64,000 bases of DNA, from the IMG/VR virus record IMGVR_UViG_3300011977_000424. One strand, 5' to 3'. Shown piece after piece: positions 58,301 through 63,628 of the stretch. How positions within the stretch are numbered: position 1 is the stretch's first letter; every line of letters begins with the position of its first letter. Made by a program: the position numbers and the translations under genes. This stretch comes from an uncultured virus (IMG/VR IMGVR_UViG_3300011977_000424) (Duplodnaviria > Heunggongvirae > Uroviricota > Caudoviricetes). Under the pieces are notes generated by a model. It was not told the DNA's origin. It worked only from the letters and a program-made list of their open reading frames with translations, and ran no database searches.

Positions 58301-61300
58301 ACTGTTGTGCTCCTGGGCCTGCCTGCTGGCGCTCTTCTGTTGCATGGTCGTAAATGGTTGGTGGCGCGTTCTGAATGTCGGCGCGCAATGCTTCCTGATA
58401 AGCCTTAACAATACGTTGTTCTGCTGGCGTGCGGAAATGCCCGTCGCCGGCATCTACTACTTGCTCTCCTTCCTGCAAAAGCGATGTGGCCTCACGCTTT
58501 GTGTGGCCCTTCATAGCTGCTTGAAGTGCACCTTTGCTCAGGCCCATGGATGCTTCAAAGTTCTCTGCATACATTGTGGCTGCCTCGGTGCCTTGCTGGA
58601 GATCATTGTAAACCTGGCGGTAGGAGTTGAAAAGATTAGCCTCATCTTCGGTGAGCTCTTCACCTCGGTTGCGGCGCTCGGCTACGTCTGAGAACTTCTT
58701 GGCGTTCTGGAACAGATAGACGGCTTTCTTCTCTTCATCGGTGAGCTCTTCACCTCGCTGTTGCTTGGAAACAACTTGCTCGTACTGTCGGCGAAGGTCG
58801 TTCTGGAGATAGATATTGTTATACATCCCCTCCAGGGCTCCGGTAGTGTTCACCTCTTTCTGCCAACGTAGTCTGTCGTTGTCTTTGTCTGCATCTGCGG
58901 CGCTATCGTAGTGGCGGCGGTCTATAACTCCTCCATCTTGGTTGTATGTTGTCAGGGTGGCTCCGTCGCCGTATTCGTCGGGTGTAACCTCGCTGTTGAT
59001 AACAGGTGAGAAGGCATCTGGGCGCTTGCCCTCGATAACATTCATCATCTTGGCCTTGGTAGTCTCTGGAACATCTGGATCACGAAGTAACTGCATATAC
59101 TCGGGGGTGTGCTGGCGCATAACCTCGTAGTCTGCATCTGCCTTGCTCCTTACTCCTGGCTGCTCTGCCTCTTGTGGGCCTCGGCTGTCCTGGCCCATCT
59201 TCAAGAAGGCATCGTAAAGACCTGCATATCCCTTTTCATTCAACACATGAAGGTCGTCGTCGTTGAATTGAAACTTTCGGTTGAACTCTTGCTGATTACG
59301 GAAGTTGAGATACTTGGTAGCCTTGTGGGGCAAGCCTAACAGGTTCAAAGAAACATAGCTCTCTAAGAAACTTTCTGCGGCATCCTTGCCGGTGGGTGTG
59401 AAGGAAGGATCGGAGGCCATACGCTCCAGGAGTGAAGATGTGCCCATAATACCGGCGTCGGCGGCTGTGCCTAATTGACCTCCAAGCACATTAGCCCACA
59501 CACCTTTGCCTCTGGTAAGGAACTGGCCCACGGTGTTTCCCTGCATGAGTGCACCCATGGCGGCGTTTTTAGCGGTGTTCACAACGGTATGGCCTACTAT
59601 CTTGCCTACTGATGTCTGGTAGGTGGTGCCGTCGCCTTGTGGCTGGCCGTTACGGTAAGCCTCGTTTACAGGAGTGGCAATTACAGACTGTCCACCAAAG
59701 GCAATAGCATTACTGATGGCGCTCTTCTTGATTGTGAAGCCTAATTGCTTTTCAAGAATAACCTTTGCGGCACGCTCGGCGGCGGCTTTCTCCATACCAT
59801 GTGATGTGAGGTCGGCGGCAAGCTTTTTAACGGCTCCTGCGGCTGCCTTCTCGCTTACCTTAGCACCAACACCACCTGGAATAAGATAACTCCACATGTC
59901 GGCGCCAAAGGTCACGGCGCCACTGGCTACTTTGTCCCAGAAGCCTGCATGCTTCTGTTCATAGTCGCTGTTGGCCATATCCTCCAACCAATTCTGATAA
60001 TTGGTCTGTGTGAGCTTGCGGCCTATCTGTCCGATAATGGAGTTACCTAAGCCGGTCTTTAGAATGTACTCCAGACTGCTCTTTGGCATCTGACGGGCCA
60101 TTTCTGTCTGCATGTAGCGGTTAGTAATGGCGTCGCCTAACTGCTTCTCAACATAGGTGCGGTAATAGTCGCCTAAGTCCATTCCTAATTTGTCGGCGTT
60201 GGCCTGCATCTGCTTGACAAACTCGGGGTTCTGTACGATCTTCTTCACCTGAGTAGCGAGATAGTCAAGCACCTTCTTTGGATCCTTGGCCTCGTTTGCT
60301 TGGCGTGTAGCCTCACCAACCATACCCATACGCATACCTCCAGGCATACCGGCAAAGTTGTCACTGTTGATTTCCTTCTCAAATGCTTGCTTGGCCAACT
60401 GGTCAAACTTGCTAATGGCATCATCAATGGGTTTCTGTGCCAGGTCGCCTATCATGTCGGCGGCTACGCGGCTATTCTTATCACGCTGGAGAAACTCTTG
60501 CTTGGTAAACATGCCACTGGTGAGCATACCGGCGGTGCCCTCGTCATAGCCTTTCTGCTGAAGTAGCTTTTGTGTGTATGCTTTCACAAGGTCATAGTAA
60601 CCTTGGCCACTATAACGGTTCTGGGCGCTGCGCTTATCCTCATCAGTCCAATTAGCGTTTGCCGTAACAAAGTTGGGAAGGAAGTCCGGACGATAATAGA
60701 TCTCCTCAATAGCTTTCTTCACCTCCTCAGTGGTGGCGCCTTCTGGGATATTGCCTACTATCTTGGTGGCAATGTCGGCGGCACTCTGGCGCATATACAT
60801 GCGGCGTGCCTCATCGTATAGGACCTTCTTTGTCTTAGGAGGAAGGTTCGTTAGGTCTTTATCGGCATTAACAAGATCATTAACCTTATGAATGTCCGAA
60901 GCTCCGTTGGTTAACTGCACATACTGATACATCTTGTTCAGCAAATCTTCGGTCTTGTATTGATCTCTATTCTCGACAAAGCCTTTTGAGGATTTGCCTT
61001 CTGGCAATTTTGCAGTAATAACTGCTTCTGGCTCCTGTTCCAGTTGTGGAACATTAGCCATTTGTGCCTGTTGCTGTGCGGATGGGGCCTGCTGTTGCTG
61101 CTCCTGAGCTCCGGCGAAAGGTTGGTTAGCCTGCTGAACGGCTGGCGTTGCCGGCTGGCCGTTGGCTGCTCTATCCGGGTCGGTTGCCTGCGAAATAAGG
61201 CCTGATGCGTATGGGATTTTTACATCCTGAGACTTCACCACAGGCTTAAATTGGTACTGCGACTGATTAATAGCCTGTTGCAGCAAACTGCCATTGAGCA

Positions 61301-61670
61301 CCGGATTTTGTTGCGCTGCTTTCTGCTGCTCTGCGCGCTGTCTCTGTTGTTCCTGGGCTGTGGTCGTCGGTGCCTGCTGCCTCTGTTGCTGAGGTGCGGC
61401 GGCTTGGGCCTGCTGTGCCGGCTTGGCGTTTGGATCCTTAGTGTTCACGTAGATAGGTTTGTCAGTCTCTACAAACTGATAGCCGGCATCGTAGGCTGAG
61501 CTAAGATCATCCATCTTAACATCACGCTCCGTGCCTTCTTTGTCTCTCATGCGGATGGTAGCATCTGGCATTTCACTGACAAACATATCTACTTTGTCGT
61601 TGAACTTATCGGCTGCAACAGTGCGCTGCTTGCCGTTCACATTCAACATGTATCTCTTGGTGTTTGGCAT
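40359..61670 (-). CDS. 7103-aa polyvalent DarB-like protein: PBECR2-like nuclease, inorganic pyrophosphatase-like domain, N6-adenine MTase, SNF2 helicase, second SAM MTase, zincin-like metallopeptidase, helical C-terminus
   Basis: TPIGKVKMGE...TLTDPDVIF (~54940-55380); YGYIKGTEGVDGDHIDV...FDEHKVM (~54270-54720); FLDGSIGSG/NIPFG (~49500-50400); HIVGAGKT/VDECQ/QENGRGARQGN (~46250-48000); VLDASSGLG/ISNAVLNVI (~44750-45400); VFHEKLGHEGL (~44150-44700). Confidence 0.88.
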   Translation of the reverse strand: MPNTKRYMLNVNGKQRTVAADKFNDKVDMFVSEMPDATIRMRDKEGTERDVKMDDLSSAYDAGYQFVETDKPIYVNTKDPNAKPAQQAQAAAPQQQRQQAPTTTAQEQQRQRAEQQKAAQQNPVLNGSLLQQAINQSQYQFKPVVKSQDVKIPYASGLISQATDPDRAANGQPATPAVQQANQPFAGAQEQQQQAPSAQQQAQMANVPQLEQEPEAVITAKLPEGKSSKGFVENRDQYKTEDLLNKMYQYVQLTNGASDIHKVNDLVNADKDLTNLPPKTKKVLYDEARRMYMRQSAADIATKIVGNIPEGATTEEVKKAIEEIYYRPDFLPNFVTANANWTDEDKRSAQNRYSGQGYYDLVKAYTQKLLQQKGYDEGTAGMLTSGMFTKQEFLQRDKNSRVAADMIGDLAQKPIDDAISKFDQLAKQAFEKEINSDNFAGMPGGMRMGMVGEATRQANEAKDPKKVLDYLATQVKKIVQNPEFVKQMQANADKLGMDLGDYYRTYVEKQLGDAITNRYMQTEMARQMPKSSLEYILKTGLGNSIIGQIGRKLTQTNYQNWLEDMANSDYEQKHAGFWDKVASGAVTFGADMWSYLIPGGVGAKVSEKAAAGAVKKLAADLTSHGMEKAAAERAAKVILEKQLGFTIKKSAISNAIAFGGQSVIATPVNEAYRNGQPQGDGTTYQTSVGKIVGHTVVNTAKNAAMGALMQGNTVGQFLTRGKGVWANVLGGQLGTAADAGIMGTSSLLERMASDPSFTPTGKDAAESFLESYVSLNLLGLPHKATKYLNFRNQQEFNRKFQFNDDDLHVLNEKGYAGLYDAFLKMGQDSRGPQEAEQPGVRSKADADYEVMRQHTPEYMQLLRDPDVPETTKAKMMNVIEGKRPDAFSPVINSEVTPDEYGDGATLTTYNQDGGVIDRRHYDSAADADKDNDRLRWQKEVNTTGALEGMYNNIYLQNDLRRQYEQVVSKQQRGEELTDEEKKAVYLFQNAKKFSDVAERRNRGEELTEDEANLFNSYRQVYNDLQQGTEAATMYAENFEASMGLSKGALQAAMKGHTKREATSLLQEGEQVVDAGDGHFRTPAEQRIVKAYQEALRADIQNAPPTIYDHATEERQQAGPGAQQSQEPEQPADQAPQDIDESPNVPTPPDAPRGLPPVDSGGTGGDGGVSPEKPVGPAGQQPAGQGPEAPQGGTGAGEGEAPLTPTQQRREAAYNHGASAAEDRSVLPQLEYENRLARHRMDMLFPMSEPKNAKFVHDLNALVEAGDDDAVQQFLDGQNLTPYQREAVEAYLDVQEAQAGQDDSIYQQTADYEQERREQLQTVVSDQGTIIPVLLDDGTEAYVKSGDVTNQYGGIIVVDEDGQTQQVPVRRIKQLGEAVPLNDALKADVDTFTMQLDDQYRNLRASVGLMPGMETDLRVAGKDLHVKVAGQDPNGNTIFEGEDGSRFALSPLEASGYVAEADYAKIEAQLQQEAQQNKANEQKDRFTTGIVGYNEGHPDYSAKGTDASAAAEYLRTTAPDGKTDGVLKNIQAEKDQLKEHERRIRFDLDRHTQWMETNGDMYTPEQKAQKDALIKRLQEELSDNLQRQRKWGEIRKGVMTGEQRAQFAQERANKVGKAVEHARAEVAKANPQVLAPEKPKELSGESLLANFPTQGDAERFITDKRMELQKQWSNGVGSEMADVRRLIGDYEDGAAELSDVEIQEAANRMAALEQQEKTLLQTQKQLKDTLGALTNIYAQRNAEEIKKLPPEEQRAAALSGAKNVQDLWKKAHEVYDGTEAGFLLDAEEPQTLEEFVASHLGPHTINWEGIERGGVKYTGLQQELGTRRGIGHGYDSNTINYFLAPKGHGKSVDAIVHEMWESALSTPGFENVGTQEIRNALLDLLSSARKPSDITYMIVRNRIADAEEFLRAQEEQERQYMEEEAAERQAKIQEYQDYLDAMSADEPSPEVEAYIDGLIADDIAKREEERQAYEEAINQMLPEQAELLNEIENGENQQQPTVAGSRRMDQEPQRPAAKTGNGQGETPVPRKEPSQPGVEGTHTAEPERKPAQAPVPTGNGHANGGVPVQSEAKSGEVGTSGDDIAVMEPESEAPLSVDKADSIIKAMSQGAVVDPEISLTPENWMSTFGFNNQIGTPIGKVKMGEHQYNKLVDKKRTKEFGMVSLTLTDPDVIFIEPSEAKEGTITERPYSYVFVKTFKKSDGTTTKYFTSVTVSQEGLEVSVSSHYNNENKIKQKLTEYRRKYTKQALLSNSSDRRLAEHQNDVPDLLPTQENNASSEGKGSENSATMQRNEQKNAPGNDTREKSASSGDIAAARKEVDTHPTDAQKEAGNYKKGHVKIDGYDITIENPNGSTRTGHGKDGKEWSVKMNYDYGYIKGTEGVDGDHIDVYLSDDPTTGNVYVVDQVNQSDGSFDEHKVMYGFPSKEAAIEAYKSQYEKGWKVGTVTEVSKDDFKAWVESSHRKTKPFADYKLAKDKAYVQQHLVIGGIPKPKSAPEEKPESKYKKGELVMYRGQMAKIDSVNEDGTYNVVSGPKYLPVTSMNVAEADIAGTTDAITKQAYNIMAANLKKQGKLMKPGLINAAIRDRDQAIDELTPRVEKGEQTGPFRGNKSVDLFSTLLKAMGERDALQDYMDHVRPEEQKQAEQANQEKQKQQKAKKDAEKKQEQSKAGGSKKRKTNNKIITDDAYEQLKKRMRDKLNNLNSGIDPELFMIGSQMAMYHIEAGARKFAEYARRMIEDCGDKIRPYLKAFYDAARQMDDMKEYRKEMSSHDEVDNFDVEKFDPTKEEKTAAEPIKVTDADSLLAEVNRRNEVAQASKPENSGKAANKPEEPEAPTVEAQAPEPIPSPTIGSTDGGEMIDKAEDNPGYSITQRWHKKKGIDIWVVNFTERFDRDKFLDLKKQVKSFGGYYSSFGKAGFVFESGEADAKKFAESVLGKQNNDETGNEPANTEAIASQAEAIASQAESVAETATTEDEVNDAQKKIDEQLEKVDEQLALLGFYKHDPNSPEHESYGYMKSAEKLALKDANRLAKEIYAALGQKTNKRNLANANLAPIGGDIYMKIDLPGTGKYIYINLNLDRNDFDDLVLGRIMYRLQGEGRSESNHFTAVDTPLSTFLEDMKRLARSTGYEVPETPAPKSKPTKAAKSKKATVQEPSLFDMIEPQNPKADEQLGIKTTDTVQPAAEDPAPQEGGNDNRTADAVEQYLNTLTPRKREMAKMLLNEKQDWGEGYKTVAEYIDQWAREGKNQVKMQKSHDGKKGYEILSDAGDHLHYIDEPTYEYAVLRGMKGDPERDKFYFVWNECGRPDLARINKILEQAKIDLALTQGSKHVLKRIEDFELMRNFIVRDMVDAIRSGKQPMQNDEQRDYLKRWIAEAQSAVGDEKFTQLVKKAVDEANKLIADYEKRKAAKQDEAASPLKPTDEDYLSEKNLLTLSSSKFFSALKDVNAKAAVRYASDHATDTADVLKQELTRLRDLRDQLTNSMNGSHTLNKHRHFEIELEKVKGQIDAAEELLARENAAHAEHPKLNIGDKVIYKGEPATVTDFETTGQPVLDTGLAPVMYEVADWEDITLPETKKPENSVSLPTEHEVKTDNHGQETTATGGGAEKPANPKPGVLGTAKTGSDAGVQAGGTGAASSAGTTGSKPGGHSGSVRRPGTRPTSSGDLFDRSDFGDTESPDAGTVHADGGRGGQRPVNGGLDKPDRGGRPAPTGSKTPASKPASKPKPEVKDDIRPDDHSTKTASEKEKPLNTRNYLYPDDATDIDNMNAGQRLRTNIRALEILRDCLRQGRPATPEERAELGKFRGWGGTDGSMWYDYDYMRRRGSADVAKLADILEEIDPHNEHKLLDDIQHAALTSYYTPVDVARGINHFLDRAGYKGGGSFLDGSIGSGVLEGTMPKSMQQRTQIYGTELDWLTGNIVKLLYPDANIRIIGFQDAGFPDNSMSVVGSNIPFGDIAVNDPSWKGTSEPVKKFAQSRIHNYFTVKNISLLKPGGIGYIMTSNAIMDTKGNQLVRKYIADNCEILGAVRLPDNAFKGAGTNPVTDIIFFRKYKDGEDKTATRTEQYLSDIETPFLSDYEEEIQQKWESAVVHYNGYYGKHPEMVIGNIKLGNQYRGDAYGLTSDLSTAEIAQKLTDLIDKYVVPASRKGKLYDTTKSSRQVYDAVREEYVGNGDYQGDGNIVEQNGKFGYLSKPKGDKSGTFQFLADPKLASQAAKIRLMIPVRTAMKQLIAEEIGGAEEAQVKLLRAKLKQAYNNFVAHYGRLNDKKNDFIKKDIDGYSILSLEKMNDGKFAGLSDIFEKSTIKSKIDLDSASTPSEMITLSLAEYGEIRPEYMESKLGPDWIDKVDGVVFEEPGGGYQMRDLYLSGNVKAKLKEAEAAAKMDHRFDRNVEALKAVQPADIPFIGIAIHMGARWVPDDIYTAFIQDLLGVDRYNANTGIVYSPEADVFNVYIEGYETSGKANEWKTEHCNNQKLIEAALTNNKVTVRLKDRDGHEYTDEDETNSANDKIDQIREKFEDFISAHHDISDRLTKIYNEKFNTTVIPKFDGSHLQIPGLQGKTLRPHQKDAVWMLINNRGGIIDHIVGAGKTLVMHSAIMEMRRMGIAKKPMIIALKATVPQMVKEFHEAFPTARVLAPMDNDFKKENRKQMLSRIAVNDWDCVILSHEQYGMLPHKEEIETGILQEQIDQLEAAIEILKQASGNSQLTKRQQKALEKRRERLKVKVQRLLDRKVDREFTFEDLGVDYLFVDECQQFKNLAYVTTHNRIAGLSNPEGSARSMALLCGARYLQQLHQGDQGLILASGTTISNSLVELYSLFQYIRPNKMKELGFNTFDAWAANFAECSTEGEFDYKGELVDKARFRNFENLAELAKLYTEVADVRNDLNLQLPKPKMNVHVVTVPASDSLKEITREVLNMVRNHHGGYFGIPDKTASGQDQPWALLATNISTKAAINVKLVKPDMDDGDGGKITYVCDNVKKIYDKFSADKGTQVIFCDLGVPDGKKEYDVYTDFINRLSTDYGIPKEEIFDIHKANTDKKRAELCKKMNDGTVRILIGGAKNAGTGLNIQQRMVAIHHVDMSWNPANVTQENGRGARQGNWLARDKNDDKVEVFYYATEQSLDLYKYQLVSTKQRMIDAFKVSASNGSEARSFDEGAAGDDSDFDPASVVALLSGNPIILDKSKMDKKVDKLIKAKRQYMVEHEQRVNQFYRDKRSLSNFEALKRGNARDQEIITDAGFKPDKEGKYPSTVTVTSDKHPEGQKFTKAGEAGKYIHSLLKKGEMVKLSGFGIDAEVGTPTTDLKISTQPVRKVILRAPSKIKYEGVLSDDDTAAGMTYRRMLEKVINNGKAYQQAIDEYKHKLEGGDPGEPNFPREAELAEALEQKKKIDAEYKKLTADNKDKKPEGDEGNKNSTNDISKRSSTALFDEFGQRWIEDQETSTGQHSTQIRSTEKTYIKIGNWMQREQERTGKTLTVLDASSGLGYGTMTLRGQSENGQSAGFNFTVDDVEPYPAEHREAGAPTFTDYAAIDKDYDVVISNAVLNVIPDDWRANVLSDMVRHMKTGGKLIINVRDAKEIEKQKQKIELDSPSEILVTDKKGKIRAYQKGFTQSELENWVQESLGNGFSVEAAGKVIPELKGARAVVVTKLTDQEGDKQYRLQVEAAQETAEQLGGMPVHFDNMSTISNESLRREIQGGDGTKGWYDWKDGSVHVYTPAMQGVDDVKRTVFHEKLGHEGLRALLGSDDAVKQFGTFIFESAGKELRDRILDKAEELGGVDLTDNNPYSEAAQEVFSDIAEEGPATPEEFSLWRKVKHYLIRFLNKIGLRVRGLLNDHDLRYYVLRTGKALKNWKGMTDAEKEEAATRDDRFSKRTKGKPRKRKDEDMAHYFQRLREWEKWHMAEEASKAANDPMPKEEDYTEKYNKNYQEDLAQWKKDNGIAEDEEGAGTFPKREEDETPQDYAIRVADYETKSDLWQTAPDYFKYQKDAADAFRNDYNEWKTRYGIQEQESVDEMLYSGTGPEEPQTEEEFQSEAEIESRMDRDMADAVGVDVTPQGARRQAKLAVIERRKNLESASAEDAIFIHDLMKRIDTVAKRKGMKPEELREQIIYMIEAPLVENELKADVDDMTNALNISRTFADSHFYIEGEGLRDAKDELKKFVDLYLQEGKQPSSRLAKQQLSEAASAVAKKLNKFYENNPKAQGILDRSDVIRMAQTFANAYLADVELGYQQADGIDPDIKPIIDEIHDWYDNFFHLLEDAGLRGGAGYIENGYINHVWDKDKSDPSAWEEYVDNFQRTKSKNMKHREILTYKDGIKIGLVPKFTDVGKLIAYYSRSNNEAIANRKFLDDLSFITISETNKDGEVTRTLPLMDSNKPSAFNEERYAMYHIPGVGDVWVLKDIQRRFASIFGTMRTKDIPDWLSKVGKGCDLGASTMKKIQLSFSGFHALALTEVAGAQMRPDRAAKALVKYIILDSIKKRTIPAYAHPEDYKLAASHLVQLGATQDYAAADVNMITEKLRNYVKKLAASDSAGIKAAGVAGTPLATMLDWMNKGMDKVLWNYLHDGLKIACFKLFAEQVAKRVEKEGLSAEQHDQLLDEAGQYVNDSFGGQYWELLDVTPAQLKWMRRLLLSPDWLVSTQRHFFANFGFGSLYSEGGFLNYLRYNRDNLKRAFGFSIPRNEFRRFRSKSAKQCYILGVLVFYNIMWNALNAFFRAQDEEKEKEKAEKMRLTNPDYKSPYELAYPDGMKWYDYTMYGNSLGQQTHLFVGRYKDGTEWYARWGKQFREFPEMFIGRHGLEFPTPMIERMMGKSNPIIGTGIDVFGTLGVHGFSNTYGDDMTDIQNKYGKQIAALAVTARHFMPFSVPTQSDKEFKMLDIVMPSQKGFTRYKTVDFFKTFILSGDMGGVLLTYRAATMNGIDAKKCLEAAITTLKAEQKNEMGDGIVDLQTAFEKYDKAETLSEKKYLRNKINKYLAAENYQAFTRDEAMSQVNDFLNGSYNDVEQESDKYLMQTTAADIRDDYKLKALKKQAKKYVDQVKEAQTAGDDATAARLGQRYGAWFAINDILNKATSAIGKAKKQLGQGHDAEVMKQIREIRQQAQRAVDEIETPK
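50492..50893 (-). CDS. Nested +1-frame gene inside the polyvalent ORF (TnpV-like by recall)
   Basis: 133-aa helical ORF; TATCTTTGC -7 element at 50924-50932; A at -3, -6, -12 and -13 of the ATG; the host frame here is a G/P/S/T-rich linker. Confidence 0.6.
   Translation of the reverse strand: MDKKQQQQVEELRNQLIQSREYWAQQRLDLMQEFRPEELEQLLQQGQLEASLEDTQEAYDDQEHDLRVQGTYSTDQISEILRAQMQEQYMQTEDEEDSDPSMADWINQIVEDGQRRLAARRQQANQPQSPSQK
52783..52828 (-). repeat. 21-bp tandem duplication (EAIASQA x2)
   Basis: TCTGCTTGGCTTGCAATAGCC twice on the + strand. Confidence 0.9.
54803..54834 (+). promoter_or_regulatory. Full Bacteroidetes promoter antisense to the polyvalent gene
   Basis: TTTG (54803-54806)-N20-TACCTTTG (54827-54834). 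Confidence 0.65.
54842..54940 (+). ncRNA. Putative structured antisense small RNA
   Basis: 13-bp closing stem 54845-54857/54922-54934 with three internal hairpins, starting just after the promoter. Confidence 0.45.
55442..55696 (-). CDS. Nested +1-frame gene (84 aa) just upstream of the PBECR domain
   Basis: Amphipathic helical ORF; A-rich start context TTAAACGAAATAGAAA-ATG; the host frame is a low-complexity linker. Confidence 0.5.
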   Translation of the reverse strand: MEKISNNPQLQAAGEWIKSLNDQQLKQEMAKAKRLCQEKNLLSPALKVRILQNRNVSQRKRQYQLAMAMLTEAYLYSQKQNQEK

Positions 61671-61693
61671 AATGATATATGTTTGGGTTCTCG

Positions 61694-63025
61694 TTAATCA
61701 AGGAGTGAAGAAGCACTACCTGAACTCTTCTTGCGGCCACTGAACTTGTCAGCAATATAACCGTTGTACTGGTCGATGAGCTCTTTATTCCAGTTCTTCT
61801 TATCCCATGAGTGTATGTTATTCTGCTGCATGAAGTCGCGGCTCTCATTTGGATGGAGACGGCGGTTTCTTGCCCATATCCGGTAACGGTCCTTCTCATA
61901 TCGCTTACCATAGGCCTGTTCGTTGGTGGCTCGTGTCGCTGCCCTGCTATGAGCTGCACTTGCCTCGCTGGCATCTGCACTGGCGTTGCTTGCTCTGGTC
62001 TGTGCCTGAACACGTTCTCTAACCAACGGTGCCAAAGCTTCTTCGCGTTTATCTTTGTTGTTGATGGCTTCCGTCTGTGCTTCATGCTGTTTCTGCTGAG
62101 CTGCGATATTGCCTACATTAGCATCAGCAACGGCTTTCTTGTTAGCGGTATCACCTTCTATGCCTGCCTTGCGTGCTGCTTCGGTGTCCTGCTTGGCTCC
62201 ATACAGTTTTTCCTGGGCTTTTGCCAAATCATTCTTGCGCTCATTGGCTTGCTGGTTCCAAAGCTGGGTAAGAAGGTTCTGGTTATTCTTGTCACGTTGC
62301 TGCATGGTGGCATCGTAAAGTGCCTGTTGACGCTTGGAAAACTCAGGAGCTTCAATCTTCTGGGCTGGTCCTCCTGCGAGTGTCCCGGCAAAGTTGCCAA
62401 GGTGGGTGAGCACTAAACCTAAGCTGTCCCACATCTGTTGCCGTTTGGCTTTCTTCTCCTCTGCTGCGTTCTGGGCTGCGCTCTTGGTTATGTCCTGGCC
62501 CTGCATGGCTCCCATGACGTTGATAATGTCAATGGGCTTATCATTTTGATTGGCCCAGTTCCAATAGGAGCTAAGCACGTCGCCTATGCTATCGTTGCTG
62601 GTCTTTGCATAGTCGCTGATGCTCTGGCCGTGGTTCCATGCTTCTTCGGCGGTGTCGTAGATGGTTTCACCGTTGGGGCCAATATGAAAGCCTAATTTCG
62701 GTGGTTGGTTCAGTAGTCCGGCGGTCGGATCAGTCAGTGAGCCAAGTGAAGAAGGATCAACCTGCATTGAGGCTGGGTTATTCTGGCCTCCTGCCTGCTG
62801 ATTCTGGTCTGTGGTTGGCTGTCCTGTTCCTCCGGTACCTGGATTATCGTCCCCACCTTGCTGTTGGCTCTGGTCGGACACATTAGTATTAGCCTTGGCA
62901 TTTCCGGTGCCAGGGTTATCGTCACCTCCCTGTTGCTGATTCTGGTCGGTATTGCTATTGTCATTAACAGACGTGCTATCAGACTGCGGTGTGGTGGTCT
63001 GTTTCTTCTCTTCTTCTTCTCCCAT
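61694..63025 (-). CDS. Putative internal virion/ejection protein
   Basis: Q/N/G-rich N-terminus with QQQGGDDNPGTG x2, hydrophobic LGLVLTHLGNFAGTLAGG segment, coiled coil; directly upstream of the polyvalent gene. Confidence 0.55.
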   Translation of the reverse strand: MGEEEEKKQTTTPQSDSTSVNDNSNTDQNQQQGGDDNPGTGNAKANTNVSDQSQQQGGDDNPGTGGTGQPTTDQNQQAGGQNNPASMQVDPSSLGSLTDPTAGLLNQPPKLGFHIGPNGETIYDTAEEAWNHGQSISDYAKTSNDSIGDVLSSYWNWANQNDKPIDIINVMGAMQGQDITKSAAQNAAEEKKAKRQQMWDSLGLVLTHLGNFAGTLAGGPAQKIEAPEFSKRQQALYDATMQQRDKNNQNLLTQLWNQQANERKNDLAKAQEKLYGAKQDTEAARKAGIEGDTANKKAVADANVGNIAAQQKQHEAQTEAINNKDKREEALAPLVRERVQAQTRASNASADASEASAAHSRAATRATNEQAYGKRYEKDRYRIWARNRRLHPNESRDFMQQNNIHSWDKKNWNKELIDQYNGYIADKFSGRKKSSGSASSLLD

Positions 63026-63037
63026 ATCTCAGTCCTT

Positions 63038-63541
63038 TTACCATGGTAAACTATTTGCGGCACTGGCAAGTCCTCCGGCGGCGCTGCTAATAGCACTCGC
63101 CTTGGCTTGTGCCTGGCCTAACTTTGCGTCTGCAAGATACTTTGAGAAAGTGTCAATCTGATTGTCGGCACTCTGCCAGGCTTGATCCTTGCGCGCCTGC
63201 CCACTCGCGGCCTGCTGCTGCATCATATTGCCAACGGTGCCTGCTGCTGCCTGTTTGGCCATGGCTGCACTCTCGTCGCTGCCTCCGGTCACAATGCTTG
63301 TGGCCTGAGCACGTGCATTAGCATCATCAAGTACTTGCTGGGCTTGCGTAACGGCGGCCTGGTTCTCGGCGCTCTGCGTCGGGTCCTGGTAGTACACTGC
63401 ATCACGATGTGCCTTCACATCGTTAATGCGGTTATTGTATAGCTCCTGCTGCTGGCGGTAGCCTTTGGCAAGCGCCTTGCCGGCAAAGATTCCACCGGCT
63501 GCGCTGGCGGCTCCACCTATAATGCCTCCAATAAGTCCCAT
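63038..63541 (-). CDS. Putative DNA ejection/pilot protein
   Basis: Gly/Ala-rich hydrophobic ends with a Gln/Ala coiled-coil core. Confidence 0.65.
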   Translation of the reverse strand: MGLIGGIIGGAASAAGGIFAGKALAKGYRQQQELYNNRINDVKAHRDAVYYQDPTQSAENQAAVTQAQQVLDDANARAQATSIVTGGSDESAAMAKQAAAGTVGNMMQQQAASGQARKDQAWQSADNQIDTFSKYLADAKLGQAQAKASAISSAAGGLASAANSLPW

Positions 63542-63568
63542 ATTATTTCAGTTTTTATATTTTGTGAA

Positions 63569-63609
63569 CAAAAATAATGTATTAGCTTTGCCACACAGTC
63601 ATAAAATAC
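63569..63609 (-). promoter_or_regulatory. Putative late promoter copy 4: GTATTTTATGAC-N21-TATTTTTG
   Basis: Box 63598-63609, -7 element 63569-63576; a + strand TAGCTTTG (63583-63590) lies in its spacer. Confidence 0.8.
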
Positions 63610-63628
63610 CAAATCAGAAAGGGACGAT

